The notes under the pieces are model-generated. The model was not told the DNA's origin. It did not search any database and worked only from the letters and a program-made list of their open reading frames with translations. Shown piece after piece: positions 1 through 10,177 of a stretch of DNA of 64,000 nucleotides. Source of the DNA: a virus. Position 1 is the first letter of the stretch, and each line of letters starts with the position of its first letter. Position numbers and translations under genes: made by a program. The stretch lies in the IMG/VR virus record IMGVR_UViG_3300017963_000253, positions 1 through 64,000 of that record. One strand, given 5' to 3'.

Positions 1-159
1 CTTCCCCCGCGGGAGAAGATCCGGAGGCTGAAGGAGCGGGGGAAGCTCCAGGAGTCCGGTCCGCGGAAGGTGGAACCCCTCCGCGGGAAGGGGAAGAGCA
101 CTCCGGAGAAGCCCTCCCGCGCGCCGGATAAGGCGGAGAAGAAGAAACCCCAGGGCTGA
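1..159 (+). CDS. C-terminal fragment of Lys/Arg-rich hypothetical protein (5' truncated)
   Basis: Frame open from base 1 (LPPREKIRRLKERGK...KKKPQG) to TGA at 157-159; codon style matches the genome. Confidence 0.6.
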   Translation, partial: LPPREKIRRLKERGKLQESGPRKVEPLRGKGKSTPEKPSRAPDKAEKKKPQG

Positions 160-170
160 CCTCTCTCCCC

Positions 171-521
171 GTGATCTACGTCAACCTGAGCGACGGGACC
201 GCCCTCTCCCTGGATCTCCGGACCCGGGAGGGGCGCGGGCGCTGGGAGACCCTCTTCGCGAATCCGGAGTTTCACGCCTCCGTGAGAGGGGTCTCCCTGG
301 CGTACAACGGGACCCGAGTGGACCTCCCCCTCCCGCGGAGATTTTCATCCGTTCGCTACTCCGCGGAACTCATCTCGGACCGGGAGGGGAGCCCGGTAGC
401 GGAGGAGATCTCCGCGGAGGCCGGGGACGTCTACCTCTCCGTGAGGATATTCTACGGGGAGGTGGGGCGTCTCCGGGTGGACTTGGATAGGCGTGGGAAG
501 CGGCGCTTCAATCCGTCATAA
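171..521 (+). CDS. hypothetical protein
   Basis: 116 aa ORF, GTG start, tiles with neighbours. Confidence 0.7.
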   Translation: MIYVNLSDGTALSLDLRTREGRGRWETLFANPEFHASVRGVSLAYNGTRVDLPLPRRFSSVRYSAELISDREGSPVAEEISAEAGDVYLSVRIFYGEVGRLRVDLDRRGKRRFNPS

Positions 522-560
522 CGGTTCAAATTAAGTTAGCTACACCGCTAGGCTTCCCCT

Positions 561-1019
561 ATGCCGTTCTCTCGGATCAGGCAGGACGAGGTACACACGC
601 GGGGATCTCAGATAGACGACGCTCGGGACCCGGTGGATCACGACGCGAACGCGCAGACCCTCCAAGACACGCTGGACTTCGCCCTGAGTCAGATCCGAGA
701 GATCACCGGGGAGTCCAAGTGGTTCTCCCCGGTGAGCAAGAGCCTGAAGGACGTCGAAGCGGGTCTCCCCAGCAAGTCCGGAGTCCTCATCCCGGGGAAC
801 TTCTCCGGGAACCCGAAGCGGGCGACCGTAACCTTCTCCGCTCCCTTTGGGGGGACGAACTACGCCGTGACCCTGACGGTGGAGGCAATTAACGGCAAGA
901 GTTTTGTGGCGACGATGGAGACTAAGACCGCCGCGGGCTTCGACGTGAACCTTGGAGTGAACAACATAGCCAACGTCGTAGAGGTTGGCTGGCACGCAAT
1001 AGAGAACGGAGAGACGTGA
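561..1019 (+). CDS. putative virion decoration/fibre protein with C-terminal beta domain (H-type lectin/gp53-like)
   Basis: C-terminal GNFSGNPKRATVTFSAPF...YAVTLT...VGWHAI resembles fibre-tip domains; paralogous to the C-terminus of the next ORF. Confidence 0.6.
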   Translation: MPFSRIRQDEVHTRGSQIDDARDPVDHDANAQTLQDTLDFALSQIREITGESKWFSPVSKSLKDVEAGLPSKSGVLIPGNFSGNPKRATVTFSAPFGGTNYAVTLTVEAINGKSFVATMETKTAAGFDVNLGVNNIANVVEVGWHAIENGET

Positions 1020-2191
1020 TGGGCTTTCGCATCTACGCCATTGAGTTCGACGAGTTGACCGCGGATCCGGGGAGTCCCGTCGAGGGGCAAATTTGGTATC
1101 ACACCACCGAGAAGAAGCTGAAGCTCTACCGGAACGGGGTTACGGACACGCTCGTGGACAACGTGACGTTCACCGCGCACTCCAACTCGACTGCGAACCC
1201 GCACACGACCACGTTGGAGCAGGCGAGGACCGCCGGGAACCAGCTCTCCGGGGACGTGGACCTGAACGGGAACGACCTCCTGAACGTGGGCGCGGTCGGG
1301 GCCGGGAACAACGCCGCCTCACAGGCGTGGACCACGGAGCAGATCAACAACAAGCTGAAGGGCCTCGACTGGCAGAACTCCGTCCTGGACAAGGATCTGG
1401 CCACGCCGCCGGGGGTTCCCTCTCTGGGTGACCGCTACATTGTGGCGGCGGTAGCCACCGGGGACTGGACCGGGAAGGAGGACCAGATCGCGGAGTGGGA
1501 CGGCTCCGCGTGGGTTTTCACCGTTCCTAACGAGGGCTTCGCCTGCAAAATCGAAGACGAGAATATCTACTACTTCTACAACGGGTCCTCCTGGGGGAGC
1601 TTTGGGAACGCGGTCCAACACTCCGCGCTGATCGGTCTCGGGAACGACGATCACGCCCAATACCTCTTGGTCTCCGGAGCCCGCGCGATGACCGGGGACC
1701 TGAACATGGGGGGGAACTCCGTTTCGAACGTGAATCTCGTGGACGGGGTGGACGTGAGCGCGCACGCCGGAAGGCACGAGAGGGCCGGCGCAGACGAGAT
1801 CGACGGGGATCACCTCGACATCGACTACACTCCAACGAACTACACGCCGGACACAACGCCTCCGGAAGCGGCGAACGTGGACGACTTGGCCGCGCACCTG
1901 GCCGGGATTGACAACGCTCTGGCGGCTCAGGCGCTGGACCAGAAGGCCGGTAGGATAGCGGGAGGAACCTTTGCGGGGAATCCGAAGAAGGCCACGGTGA
2001 CCTTCTCTACTGCCTTCGGGGACGCGGACTACGCGGTGGTGCTGACCGCGGTGGCGCAGAACAATAAGACGTTCGCTCCCGCGGTGGAATCCCAGGTGGC
2101 GGGGTCCTTCGTCGTAAACATGGGGAGCAACAACGTGACGGACCTCCTCTACCTGAACTGGATCGCGATGAAGAGCGGGGAGAGCAGCTAA
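1016..2191 (+). CDS. DUF2793-like virion fibre protein
   Basis: SVLDKDLATPPGVPSLGDRYIVAAVATGDWTGKEDQIAEWDGSAWVFTVPNEG matches the DUF2793 pattern; C-terminal domain shared with 561..1019. Confidence 0.7.
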   Translation: MMGFRIYAIEFDELTADPGSPVEGQIWYHTTEKKLKLYRNGVTDTLVDNVTFTAHSNSTANPHTTTLEQARTAGNQLSGDVDLNGNDLLNVGAVGAGNNAASQAWTTEQINNKLKGLDWQNSVLDKDLATPPGVPSLGDRYIVAAVATGDWTGKEDQIAEWDGSAWVFTVPNEGFACKIEDENIYYFYNGSSWGSFGNAVQHSALIGLGNDDHAQYLLVSGARAMTGDLNMGGNSVSNVNLVDGVDVSAHAGRHERAGADEIDGDHLDIDYTPTNYTPDTTPPEAANVDDLAAHLAGIDNALAAQALDQKAGRIAGGTFAGNPKKATVTFSTAFGDADYAVVLTAVAQNNKTFAPAVESQVAGSFVVNMGSNNVTDLLYLNWIAMKSGESS

Positions 2192-2192
2192 C

Positions 2193-2693
2193 GTGGCTCT
2201 GCGCGTAGATAGCGTCAACATGAACGAGGTGACGACGGATCCCGCGTCTCCGGAGAACGGAGACGTGTGGCTCAACTCCGCGGCCGGGGTGATCCGCGCT
2301 CGCGTCGGGGGATTGACGAAGGCGGTCAACTCGAAGACACTGGAGCTTTCGTTCTGGAGCGAGCTGTCTCCGTGGATAGAGATAGCAAGTATTTCCCCCG
2401 TAGTCGTGGCGCGCTTTGTCTTCCACGGTTCAGACTTCATGGGGCCTATCTGCGCGATCATGGCGCTGATTGAGAACGACTCCGGCGCTACGACGCAGGT
2501 GGGGATTTACGACCTGACGAACGCGAATCAGATCTGCCAGGCAAGCAGCGCCGCGAACGTTCCTACGATTCTGGACCTCGGTACGCCGAGCAACGTGCCG
2601 ACGGGGGAGTCGATCTTCGAGGTGCAGGTTGCCAGGACCGCGGGCCTCGGCGGAAACAAGGCCAAGATTGGATCTCTGAGCGTGTGTTTCTAG
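2193..2693 (+). CDS. putative virion structural protein
   Basis: N-terminal TTDPASPENGDVWLN motif shared with 1016..2191; beta-rich C-terminus. Confidence 0.6.
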   Translation: MALRVDSVNMNEVTTDPASPENGDVWLNSAAGVIRARVGGLTKAVNSKTLELSFWSELSPWIEIASISPVVVARFVFHGSDFMGPICAIMALIENDSGATTQVGIYDLTNANQICQASSAANVPTILDLGTPSNVPTGESIFEVQVARTAGLGGNKAKIGSLSVCF

Positions 2694-2707
2694 GCTAGGA
2701 GTTATCG

Positions 2708-3322
2708 ATGGGTAACATCTGCAAGTGGCGCGTGAGGTGTGAGACGGACTCGAAGTTCGTCTACGCGTGGAGTGCTGAGAAGCCGACGGAGTGTCCGGAA
2801 GACGCTGCGCACTCCATCGACTCGAACGCAACCGTCGCGGTGAAACTGCGGCAGAAGTTGAACGTGATCACAGATCCCTCGATGGAGGCTGTGCTTCCTG
2901 GCGCAGCGATCGTGGTCGCAAACGGGCGACCGGCGCTTGAGGTGCAGGCTGGAGATACTGGCTGGGGCGCAATTCAGGCGCGCTGGCCGCATCCGAACCT
3001 GAACGTCGCCAAGCTGTGCGTTTGCCTGAAGTTCATCCTCAAAGCCACGGGAACGGGTACGGTTGCGCGGATTGCGGCGAGAGCAAAAGCGGAGGGAGCG
3101 GGGGACGACTCCTCAGCGGATTGGGCGGACACGCAGTATCTCGACGTGCCTGTTTCCCACACCACGTTGGGGGAGGTTTTCGAGGGTACAGTGCAACTCG
3201 ACGCGTCAGATTTCGACGAGGACGACGCTTTGGCTCTGCAGATTGGGCGGGACGGTTCACACGTAAACGACACGCTGGATCAGGCGCTCCAAATAATTGG
3301 GGTGAAAGCGGAGGCCTTCTGA
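2708..3322 (+). CDS. hypothetical (probable structural beta-sandwich) protein
   Basis: 204 aa ORF with AGGAG RBS; in the structural cluster. Confidence 0.6.
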   Translation: MGNICKWRVRCETDSKFVYAWSAEKPTECPEDAAHSIDSNATVAVKLRQKLNVITDPSMEAVLPGAAIVVANGRPALEVQAGDTGWGAIQARWPHPNLNVAKLCVCLKFILKATGTGTVARIAARAKAEGAGDDSSADWADTQYLDVPVSHTTLGEVFEGTVQLDASDFDEDDALALQIGRDGSHVNDTLDQALQIIGVKAEAF

Positions 3323-3735
3323 TGCCAGGAAACGAGACCGTAATCAAGAGCCCGCGAGCTTTCCTTCCGACCTCTTGGTTCGCCGTGAACCTCACGGCTG
3401 GGGAGACTACCGGCGTCGAGATGAGTATGACCGGGCTCCCGTTCACCGCGATTCCGCTACCGAGTCAGTGCTCCCTCGTAGCGGTGGGGATAGTCCTCAG
3501 CGCGCCGGTAACCGTCGGACTGATCCGTTTCGAACTGACGAAGAACGGGGTCGGGACCGGGAAGACGGTGGACGTGAATTCTACGACCGGCGTAAAGCGG
3601 ATTTGGGAATTCAAACCCGGGGAGCTGGTTGGAGATAAAGGGGACGAGATTGGCGTGAAGTGGGGTAGCAGCGGATCCTTGCTTCCGAGTGGCAGCATCG
3701 ACGCAGTTGTTTTCCTGGAAGTGCAGGACGCGTAG
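3322..3735 (+). CDS. hypothetical (probable structural) protein
   Basis: ATG at 3322 overlaps the upstream TGA (TGATG); MPGNETVIKSP...; the longer listed ORF from 3016 is a shadow extension. Confidence 0.65.
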   Translation: MPGNETVIKSPRAFLPTSWFAVNLTAGETTGVEMSMTGLPFTAIPLPSQCSLVAVGIVLSAPVTVGLIRFELTKNGVGTGKTVDVNSTTGVKRIWEFKPGELVGDKGDEIGVKWGSSGSLLPSGSIDAVVFLEVQDA

Positions 3736-3957
3736 GTGGAGAAGTTTGTCCAAGCGGTGGGGGTGATTGACGGGGTGAATCGAGATTTCTCCACTCAGAC
3801 CCCCTACGTTTCACTCACGTTGCGGGTTCTCCGGAACGGGTTGGTGGTGAAACGGGAGTTGGAGGACGGGTTCCTGGAGATCTCCTCTAGCGAGTTCCAG
3901 ATGAAGCGGGCTCCGGTTCTCGGGGACACTCTCTTCACCTTCTACGAGGAGGCCTGA
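3736..3957 (+). CDS. small structural protein, paralog of next ORF
   Basis: AVGVIDGxNxDFSTxxPYV..TL.V..NG...GDTLF.[FY]Y pattern shared with 3957..4331. Confidence 0.6.
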   Translation: MEKFVQAVGVIDGVNRDFSTQTPYVSLTLRVLRNGLVVKRELEDGFLEISSSEFQMKRAPVLGDTLFTFYEEA

Positions 3958-4331
3958 TGAGCGGTAGGATCGACGAGGCGGTAGGGGTGATCGATGGATC
4001 GAACTTAGATTTCTCCACTCCTGATCCCTACGTGGCGGGGACATTAGTTGTCTTCCTCAACGGTCGTCAACTAACGGCGGCTCGAGATAACGGGTGGGTC
4101 GAAGTTGACCCGGACGCCGGGACCTTCCGGATGAAGATCCCCCCAAAAGCGGCGCTCCCCGGGGTGGTGGAGGACGGAGGAGACACGCTCTTCGCCTACT
4201 ACAGGACGGAGGAGAGCGTGGGTGGGGCGGACGGCGGGGTTCCCCTGATGACCGGCGCGGAATTGGTTAGACCTATAGCGGCGGGGGCGGTAGAGTTGAG
4301 ACCCGAGATGATCAGCGCGGAGGAGGAGTAG
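3957..4331 (+). CDS. small structural protein, paralog of previous ORF
   Basis: Same repeat domain; TGATG coupling. Confidence 0.65.
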   Translation: MSGRIDEAVGVIDGSNLDFSTPDPYVAGTLVVFLNGRQLTAARDNGWVEVDPDAGTFRMKIPPKAALPGVVEDGGDTLFAYYRTEESVGGADGGVPLMTGAELVRPIAAGAVELRPEMISAEEE

Positions 4332-4333
4332 AC

Positions 4334-5344
4334 ATGAGCGTAATTAAAGTATCCTTCACCGTGGCGAAGTTGAGCAACGTCCTCAGTCTTTTCGACGTGG
4401 TCAAGGTCTACCGCTCCACCACTGGGGTGGGGGGACCGTACTCTGAGATCACCACTCCGGCGACCCGGATCCCGCTGCTGGCGGGGCAGTCCGTCTACGT
4501 CTACGACGACGTGGCGGGGGATCCGGCCTACTACTACAAGACGAGCTACTACAACTCCGTCAACTTCCTGGAGAGTTCCCTCTCCGAGGCGATCCTGGGG
4601 AGTGCCTCCAACTATTACGTCTCGGTGGATGAGATCCGGGCGGAGGGGGTCCTGGTGTCGGTGGCGGACGACGCCCGGGTACTGAGCCTGATTAAGACCT
4701 GGCAGGCGTTCATCGAGCGGGTGACTCGGCAGTGGTTCGTTCCCCGGGCCGGAACCTGGGAGGTGGACGGGAGCGGCTCCACTCTGATGCAGCTCCCGGT
4801 TCCCATAGTCTCCGTCACCGCCCTCTACGTCAACTCCGATTTCGAGACCGCGCTTCCCGCGGACGAGTACGAGGTTTACAACGGGCGGGGGGAGGACGGG
4901 GGACGGGACGACCGGAAGAACCCGCGGATCAAGTTGGTCACTGGGGAGACCTCAATCTTCACCGGGACGGGACCTCTCCGGAACCGGCAGGTGGTCTTCG
5001 AGATCGGGGAGAAGAACCACCGGATCGTGGGGTCCTTCGGCTACGTGGAGGCGGACGGGACTACGCCGGAGCCCATCAAGTACGCGCTTCGAAAGCTGGT
5101 GGTTCGCTCCTCCACCCCAATGGCGGGTGTCAACGGAGGAGGAGCGGGTCCGGCGGGGCCGGTAATCGAGGAGGAGACGGATAGACACCGGAAGCGCTGG
5201 GCGGATCCCCTCGTGGGTTCCAAGGCGTTCTCCACCACGGGGGACCTGGAGTTGGACCAGATCCTGGCGCTCTACAAGTCCCCCTTCTCTATCAAGGCCC
5301 CGCGGACGATGTGGAGGCGACTCACCGGAGGGGCGGTACTCTGA
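4334..5344 (+). CDS. head-tail connector/adaptor-like protein with N-terminal beta domain
   Basis: YVSVDEIRAEG...LIKTWQAFIERVTRQWF...FGY...PEPIKYA pattern typical of gp6/gp15-type adaptors; GGAG RBS; position. Confidence 0.65.
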   Translation: MSVIKVSFTVAKLSNVLSLFDVVKVYRSTTGVGGPYSEITTPATRIPLLAGQSVYVYDDVAGDPAYYYKTSYYNSVNFLESSLSEAILGSASNYYVSVDEIRAEGVLVSVADDARVLSLIKTWQAFIERVTRQWFVPRAGTWEVDGSGSTLMQLPVPIVSVTALYVNSDFETALPADEYEVYNGRGEDGGRDDRKNPRIKLVTGETSIFTGTGPLRNRQVVFEIGEKNHRIVGSFGYVEADGTTPEPIKYALRKLVVRSSTPMAGVNGGGAGPAGPVIEEETDRHRKRWADPLVGSKAFSTTGDLELDQILALYKSPFSIKAPRTMWRRLTGGAVL

Positions 5345-5805
5345 TGCTCCCCAATCTAATTCACCCAATCCCAATCAAGATCCAGCGGGTGAACCCCGGG
5401 GTAACGGTGATAGACCCGGTGGCGCGGGAGCCGGTCCGGCAGCTCTGGAAGGCGGGGCAGGGTCCGGGGACCGGAACGGTCACGGAGTTGGTGGCTCAGG
5501 TCAACTGGAACCAAGGGCACGTGGCGAAGCCGAAGTTCCACCCGGGGGGTCCGGAGGAGGAGAGCATGGGTTACATCCTCTTCCGGGTCTTCGACTTACT
5601 GACAGCGGGAGTAGCCACGGACAACGGGGACGGGACCGTGGAGGTCGGGATCGTTCGCGGGGACCGGATAGTCCAGATCGGGATCCGTCAGACGAACCTC
5701 TACGTTCTCTTCTTCCGGGACGTGGCGGGGTACCCGGACCAGGGAGGGACAACCCTCCTGGAGGCGGACTTCTCCGACCGTCAACCGAGTTCGGTTCCGG
5801 GGTAG
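5344..5805 (+). CDS. head closure/stopper-like protein
   Basis: ATG at 5344 (TGATG overlap); position between adaptor and neck gene; beta-rich with GDRIV motif. Confidence 0.5.
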   Translation: MLPNLIHPIPIKIQRVNPGVTVIDPVAREPVRQLWKAGQGPGTGTVTELVAQVNWNQGHVAKPKFHPGGPEEESMGYILFRVFDLLTAGVATDNGDGTVEVGIVRGDRIVQIGIRQTNLYVLFFRDVAGYPDQGGTTLLEADFSDRQPSSVPG

Positions 5806-5809
5806 CGCG

Positions 5810-6394
5810 GTGGGCTTCAAGCTGAGGTTCAACCGGGGGTGGGGGAAGTTCATCTCCTACTTCTCGGAGCGGCGGAGACGGGACCTCCTATACAGAGAAA
5901 CTCAACGGAAAGTGAAGGAGCAGCTGGTCCTCCTCCGCCGGGACATTGTTCAGTACGTTCAAGACGAGCGGCACGGGGTGGAGAACTCCCCGTTAACCAT
6001 CTTGACCAAGGGTAGCTCCAAGCCGCTGGTGGACCGGGGGGACCTCCGGCAGGGGATCAGCGAGGAGACGGCGGTCAAACCTCGGGGGGTGGACGGGGCG
6101 GTCGGGGTCCTCCGGAGCAAGCGGAGTTCGGACGGTCAGAAGCTCTGGAACGTGGCGGCGGCGCTCCACGAGGGGTACACGGTGAGGGTCACCCCTAAGG
6201 TTAGAGCGGCGGTCTTCGCGGAGATGCGGAAGCGCCGTGGGCGGAGGGTGGAGGTCCCTAGCAGTGGAGCGGCTGGTGCCTCAACTTGGAAAGTCAGGGG
6301 GAGACCGTTCATTCAAGTCCCGTTCGACGACGCGGAGGAACGCATTAAAATGGCCCTGGGGGACGGGGTCCGCCTTACGCTTATGAGGGAATGA
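5810..6394 (+). CDS. neck/tail completion protein (HK97 gp10/virion morphogenesis-like)
   Basis: NSPLTI..KGSSKPLVDRGDLRQGI, ALHEG, RPFI motifs. Confidence 0.65.
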   Translation: MGFKLRFNRGWGKFISYFSERRRRDLLYRETQRKVKEQLVLLRRDIVQYVQDERHGVENSPLTILTKGSSKPLVDRGDLRQGISEETAVKPRGVDGAVGVLRSKRSSDGQKLWNVAAALHEGYTVRVTPKVRAAVFAEMRKRRGRRVEVPSSGAAGASTWKVRGRPFIQVPFDDAEERIKMALGDGVRLTLMRE

Positions 6395-7758
6395 GCTATG
6401 AGTCCCGCGTTATAACGGAGATCTGGTGGGAACCCGGGCAGGGGTTCGACCCGCGGACGGAGACCGTCTTCTCCGACGCCTCGAAGGTCCGTCTGGATCC
6501 GGCGGACTTCAAGCTGAAGCTGAAGCTCCAGTCAAATTCCCGCTACCCCGTAGACCCGAATCTCTCCGCGCGCTCCAAAACCTACAGACTCGCGGCGGTG
6601 AGGCAGCTCCTCATGCTGCAGTTGAACGCGGTCACCCCGGAGGATGAGGACGGAAACGCGGTCACCTCCGTGGGTCTCCGGCTTTACGACGGGACGGACG
6701 AGCGGTTCTGGGACGGGGGAGCCTGGTCTCCCGCGGGACCGGGGGACTGGAACACGGAGGCGGAGGTCAACCAGAACATCGCGGCGTTCGACGTCCTGAC
6801 CTCCCGGGAGTTCGCGGTGGTCCTGAACCTCTCCACCTCGGACGATCGGTTCACGCCGGAGGTGGAGTCCGTCTTCGTTCTCTGGAGGGGTCCGGTGGAT
6901 TGGACTCAGGATGTCCTCATAGACTCCCTGACCGCGACGGTACAGGAGGAGGCGGTTTATCCGGTGGACTTCGCGCTCCCGCCCCTGGAGGCGGACTCCT
7001 CCGTCCTGAACCTCTCCGCTTACCAGGTGGAGGCCAACCTCCAGGTCTCCGGCGCGGAGGCGGTCTTTGACTACGACTCCGACCCGAACCTCTTGAGCAA
7101 CCTCTTCGCCTCCTACAACCCGGGGACCGGGGACGTAACTTTGAGTTCTCCTATATTGGCTGGAAACCGCCCTTATCTCAGGCTCTTGTGTAAAGCCAGC
7201 GTGGCGTGGGATACGAATCAGGACTTCCAGGAGGTGGGGAGACTCCCCCAGGTGGTGCTCCGGGACGCGGAGGCGATGACCTCATCTCCGTACCCGTCCA
7301 GATCCCGCTCCGCTATCTTGCGGAAGGATACGAATGAGGCGGTGGTAACCCCCGCCCCCTATCGGATGACGTACAACGTGACGATGGAAGTGAGAACGGA
7401 CAGGAGCAGGGAGCAAGCGCGGGTGATGGACTCGCTGAGTACCCTCTTGTTTGCGGGACCCTCCTCTGAGGTCGGACCCTTTCTCCGGAGTCGCGCCACG
7501 GATCGAAGGTACCGCCTCTGGTTAACTCAGGAGTTCCGTGCGGAGGCCCCGGACCTGAAGATTGCGGACGTTCGTTCCTATCGTGCGGAGTTCCGACTCG
7601 TAGACGTTGCGCTGAATCTCAAACCGGCGGTGGATACCTTCGGGATCACCGCCTTCAAGGCAGGATTTTCCGCGGTATCCTCGCAGGCCGATGAAGCCGC
7701 TAAGTTGGCGAACGCTCCGGTGAAGCCCACCGAGGCGGAGGTCGTCGAGGTGAACTGA
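6391..7758 (+). CDS. putative tail terminator with N-terminal extension
   Basis: Immediately before the sheath; C-terminal LPQVVL...YNVTMEVRT...EQARVMDSL pattern resembles tail terminators. Confidence 0.45.
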   Translation: MSYESRVITEIWWEPGQGFDPRTETVFSDASKVRLDPADFKLKLKLQSNSRYPVDPNLSARSKTYRLAAVRQLLMLQLNAVTPEDEDGNAVTSVGLRLYDGTDERFWDGGAWSPAGPGDWNTEAEVNQNIAAFDVLTSREFAVVLNLSTSDDRFTPEVESVFVLWRGPVDWTQDVLIDSLTATVQEEAVYPVDFALPPLEADSSVLNLSAYQVEANLQVSGAEAVFDYDSDPNLLSNLFASYNPGTGDVTLSSPILAGNRPYLRLLCKASVAWDTNQDFQEVGRLPQVVLRDAEAMTSSPYPSRSRSAILRKDTNEAVVTPAPYRMTYNVTMEVRTDRSREQARVMDSLSTLLFAGPSSEVGPFLRSRATDRRYRLWLTQEFRAEAPDLKIADVRSYRAEFRLVDVALNLKPAVDTFGITAFKAGFSAVSSQADEAAKLANAPVKPTEAEVVEVN

Positions 7759-7778
7759 ATCCCCAGAGGAGGAAGAGA

Positions 7779-10130
7779 ATGACAGTTCGCAGATTCGGAC
7801 CAGTACAGGGCGCTGGAGTGGCTTTGGAGGAAGAGCAGGGAGACCGCCAAATCATCCCCGCGCCGCTCGGGGTCACCCTCATGGTGGGGGAGTTTCCCAA
7901 GGGTCCGGTTGCCACTCCGGGGTTCCCCGCCGGGAAGATCGATTACAGGAAGCGTTACGGGAAGCGGAGGTTGGAGAACTCCGAAGCCCCGACCGCTGCT
8001 TTCGACTTCTACAAGCTGGGGCGTGGGACGGGGGAGTTGATCCCCTGGCGTGTGACCGCGGGGGACGAGGCGAAGGCTTGGATGTACCTCTACACCCGGC
8101 AGGGGAGCGCGGCGTCTCCTGCTTCCGGAAGGAAGATCCTGGGACGTCTCTTCGCCAAGAACGGTGGGATCTGGGGCGGGCAACGGGACGTCCACGTGGA
8201 CGAGATCACCGGAGCCGGGGACCTGACGGAGACCTCCCTGGACACCGGGGACACGATGATCGAGAACGAGTGGGCGGGTGGGACCCTTCAGCTGAAGAAG
8301 GTCAGCACCAAGACCTACCGGATACTCGGGAATACCGCCGCCGGGGTAGTTCAGCTCGAGGCGGACCAGACGGTCCTCACTGACTGGAACGCCGGGGTCG
8401 GGACACCCGCGAACCGCTACGTCCTCTCCCGAGAGAACGTGGATCGCCTCGGGACGGACCAACACCTCGCGGTGGAGGTACGGGACGGGATCGAAAACCC
8501 CAGCACGGAGTTCGGGATCTACGTCTACGAGGACAACGCGCTGGTCAAGCGCTGGGAGAACCTGAACACAGATCCCACGAAGGCGAACTACTGGGAGAAG
8601 GTGATCAACGACGACAAGGGGAACTTCTGGGTGGAGGCGGAGGACGACTACGTGGGGGACAAGACGGTGGCGACGGTCCGTCCCGCCAACTTCTACGGGG
8701 TCTCCAAGACCCTGACCTCCTTGACTCTGACCCTCCCGGATCCGGACGTGACTATCGACTCCCCGGGGGCGGCGGATCCGACGGTGGCAATTGGTTCCCT
8801 CGGTTCCCTCGTCCTCTCCCAGGTGATCACCGGGACGGTGGAGAACGGCGGGGCGGACATCCGCTGGACCACTACCCTCGGTCCCCTGGAGGTGGTGCAG
8901 GCGGCTTTCACCGGGGTGGCGACGGACCTCGGGGAGGAACTCCTCTCCGTGACCGTGACCAACGGGGGAACCGCTCTCTCGGACGGGGACAAGATCGTCA
9001 TCGACGTCAACGTCATGGTTCCGGACGAGGCGAAGGGTGGGAAGGTCTGGCCGGACAAGGTCAACGAGCCAAACCTCTCCTTCCCGATCGACAGCAACAC
9101 CCGGACGAGCGTCTCAGTCCGGACCGGCGTGGACCTGACGGACGGCGGAAGCATCTCAGCCGGGGAGGAGTTCATGCTCCAGTACCGGCAGGAGTTCGGG
9201 GGCGGTCACAACGGATCCGCGGTCACGGACTCGGACTACCTGGCGGCGTTCGACGCGGTGACCTCCACCATCAACAAGCTCTTCGGGAAGAACAAGGGCC
9301 TGGTGAAGATGGCGGTCCCGGGGGTCACCTCCTCCGTAGTGGTGAAGGCGGGCTTGGAGTACGCCGCGGCGCGGAACTACCAGTTCGGTTACGAGATCCC
9401 GGCCTCCATCCTCGCGGAGGCGGAGGCGGTGGACCACGTCAACTCCACGATCGGTCGCTCGGACTACGGGTTCACCTACTTCCCGAGCTTCGGTTCGGTC
9501 CTGGACCCGGACGCAACTCCGGGGGCGACGGACGTCCCGCTGAAGCAGCAGACGCTCCTCGGGATGATCCTGGGGCGGCACGCCCTGACCGCCTACAACT
9601 TCGACGGGTATCACAAGGCCCCGGCGGACATCGAGACCACCCTCCCGGACGTCCTGGAGCTGACGACCGGGGACGAGGAGACGGCGGTCGCCCTGAACGA
9701 GGAGGTCCTGAACCCGCAGGGCTGCAACGTGGTGAAGTTCCGCCAGGGTGTGGTCATTGTCTTCGGGGATCGGACCACCTCCCCGACCGCGGAGTGGAAG
9801 TGGCTGCATCAGCGTTCCCAGATGAGCCACTACGAGAACCTCCTCCGGGAGAACTACGATTGGATCGTCTTCGCCATCAACGACCGGACCGCCTGGGAGC
9901 GGGTCGGTTCCTCGATCCGGGAGTACTTCTTCGCGGAGTGGGTGAAGGGCGCTCTTCGCGGGGAGACCTTCGAGAAGGCCTTCTCCCTGAAGATCGACGA
10001 GGAGAACAACACGGACGCGACGGCGGCGGCGGGGGACCTGAACGCGGAGATCCGCCTCAGACTCGCGGAGACCGTGGAGCGGTTCAAGATCGTGATCGGG
10101 AAGGCGGGCATCTTCGACAGCGTCGAGTAG
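7779..10130 (+). CDS. contractile tail sheath protein
   Basis: 783 aa; C-terminal HKAPA...LNPQGCNVV..FRQG.VIVFGDRT...WIVFAIND...ENNT...GDLNAEIRL...VERFKI is the sheath C-terminal domain. Confidence 0.93.
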   Translation: MTVRRFGPVQGAGVALEEEQGDRQIIPAPLGVTLMVGEFPKGPVATPGFPAGKIDYRKRYGKRRLENSEAPTAAFDFYKLGRGTGELIPWRVTAGDEAKAWMYLYTRQGSAASPASGRKILGRLFAKNGGIWGGQRDVHVDEITGAGDLTETSLDTGDTMIENEWAGGTLQLKKVSTKTYRILGNTAAGVVQLEADQTVLTDWNAGVGTPANRYVLSRENVDRLGTDQHLAVEVRDGIENPSTEFGIYVYEDNALVKRWENLNTDPTKANYWEKVINDDKGNFWVEAEDDYVGDKTVATVRPANFYGVSKTLTSLTLTLPDPDVTIDSPGAADPTVAIGSLGSLVLSQVITGTVENGGADIRWTTTLGPLEVVQAAFTGVATDLGEELLSVTVTNGGTALSDGDKIVIDVNVMVPDEAKGGKVWPDKVNEPNLSFPIDSNTRTSVSVRTGVDLTDGGSISAGEEFMLQYRQEFGGGHNGSAVTDSDYLAAFDAVTSTINKLFGKNKGLVKMAVPGVTSSVVVKAGLEYAAARNYQFGYEIPASILAEAEAVDHVNSTIGRSDYGFTYFPSFGSVLDPDATPGATDVPLKQQTLLGMILGRHALTAYNFDGYHKAPADIETTLPDVLELTTGDEETAVALNEEVLNPQGCNVVKFRQGVVIVFGDRTTSPTAEWKWLHQRSQMSHYENLLRENYDWIVFAINDRTAWERVGSSIREYFFAEWVKGALRGETFEKAFSLKIDEENNTDATAAAGDLNAEIRLRLAETVERFKIVIGKAGIFDSVE

Positions 10131-10177
10131 GACTCGGCGGTTTTGTAACTCAACTAACCTTTTTCTAGGAGGACGTT

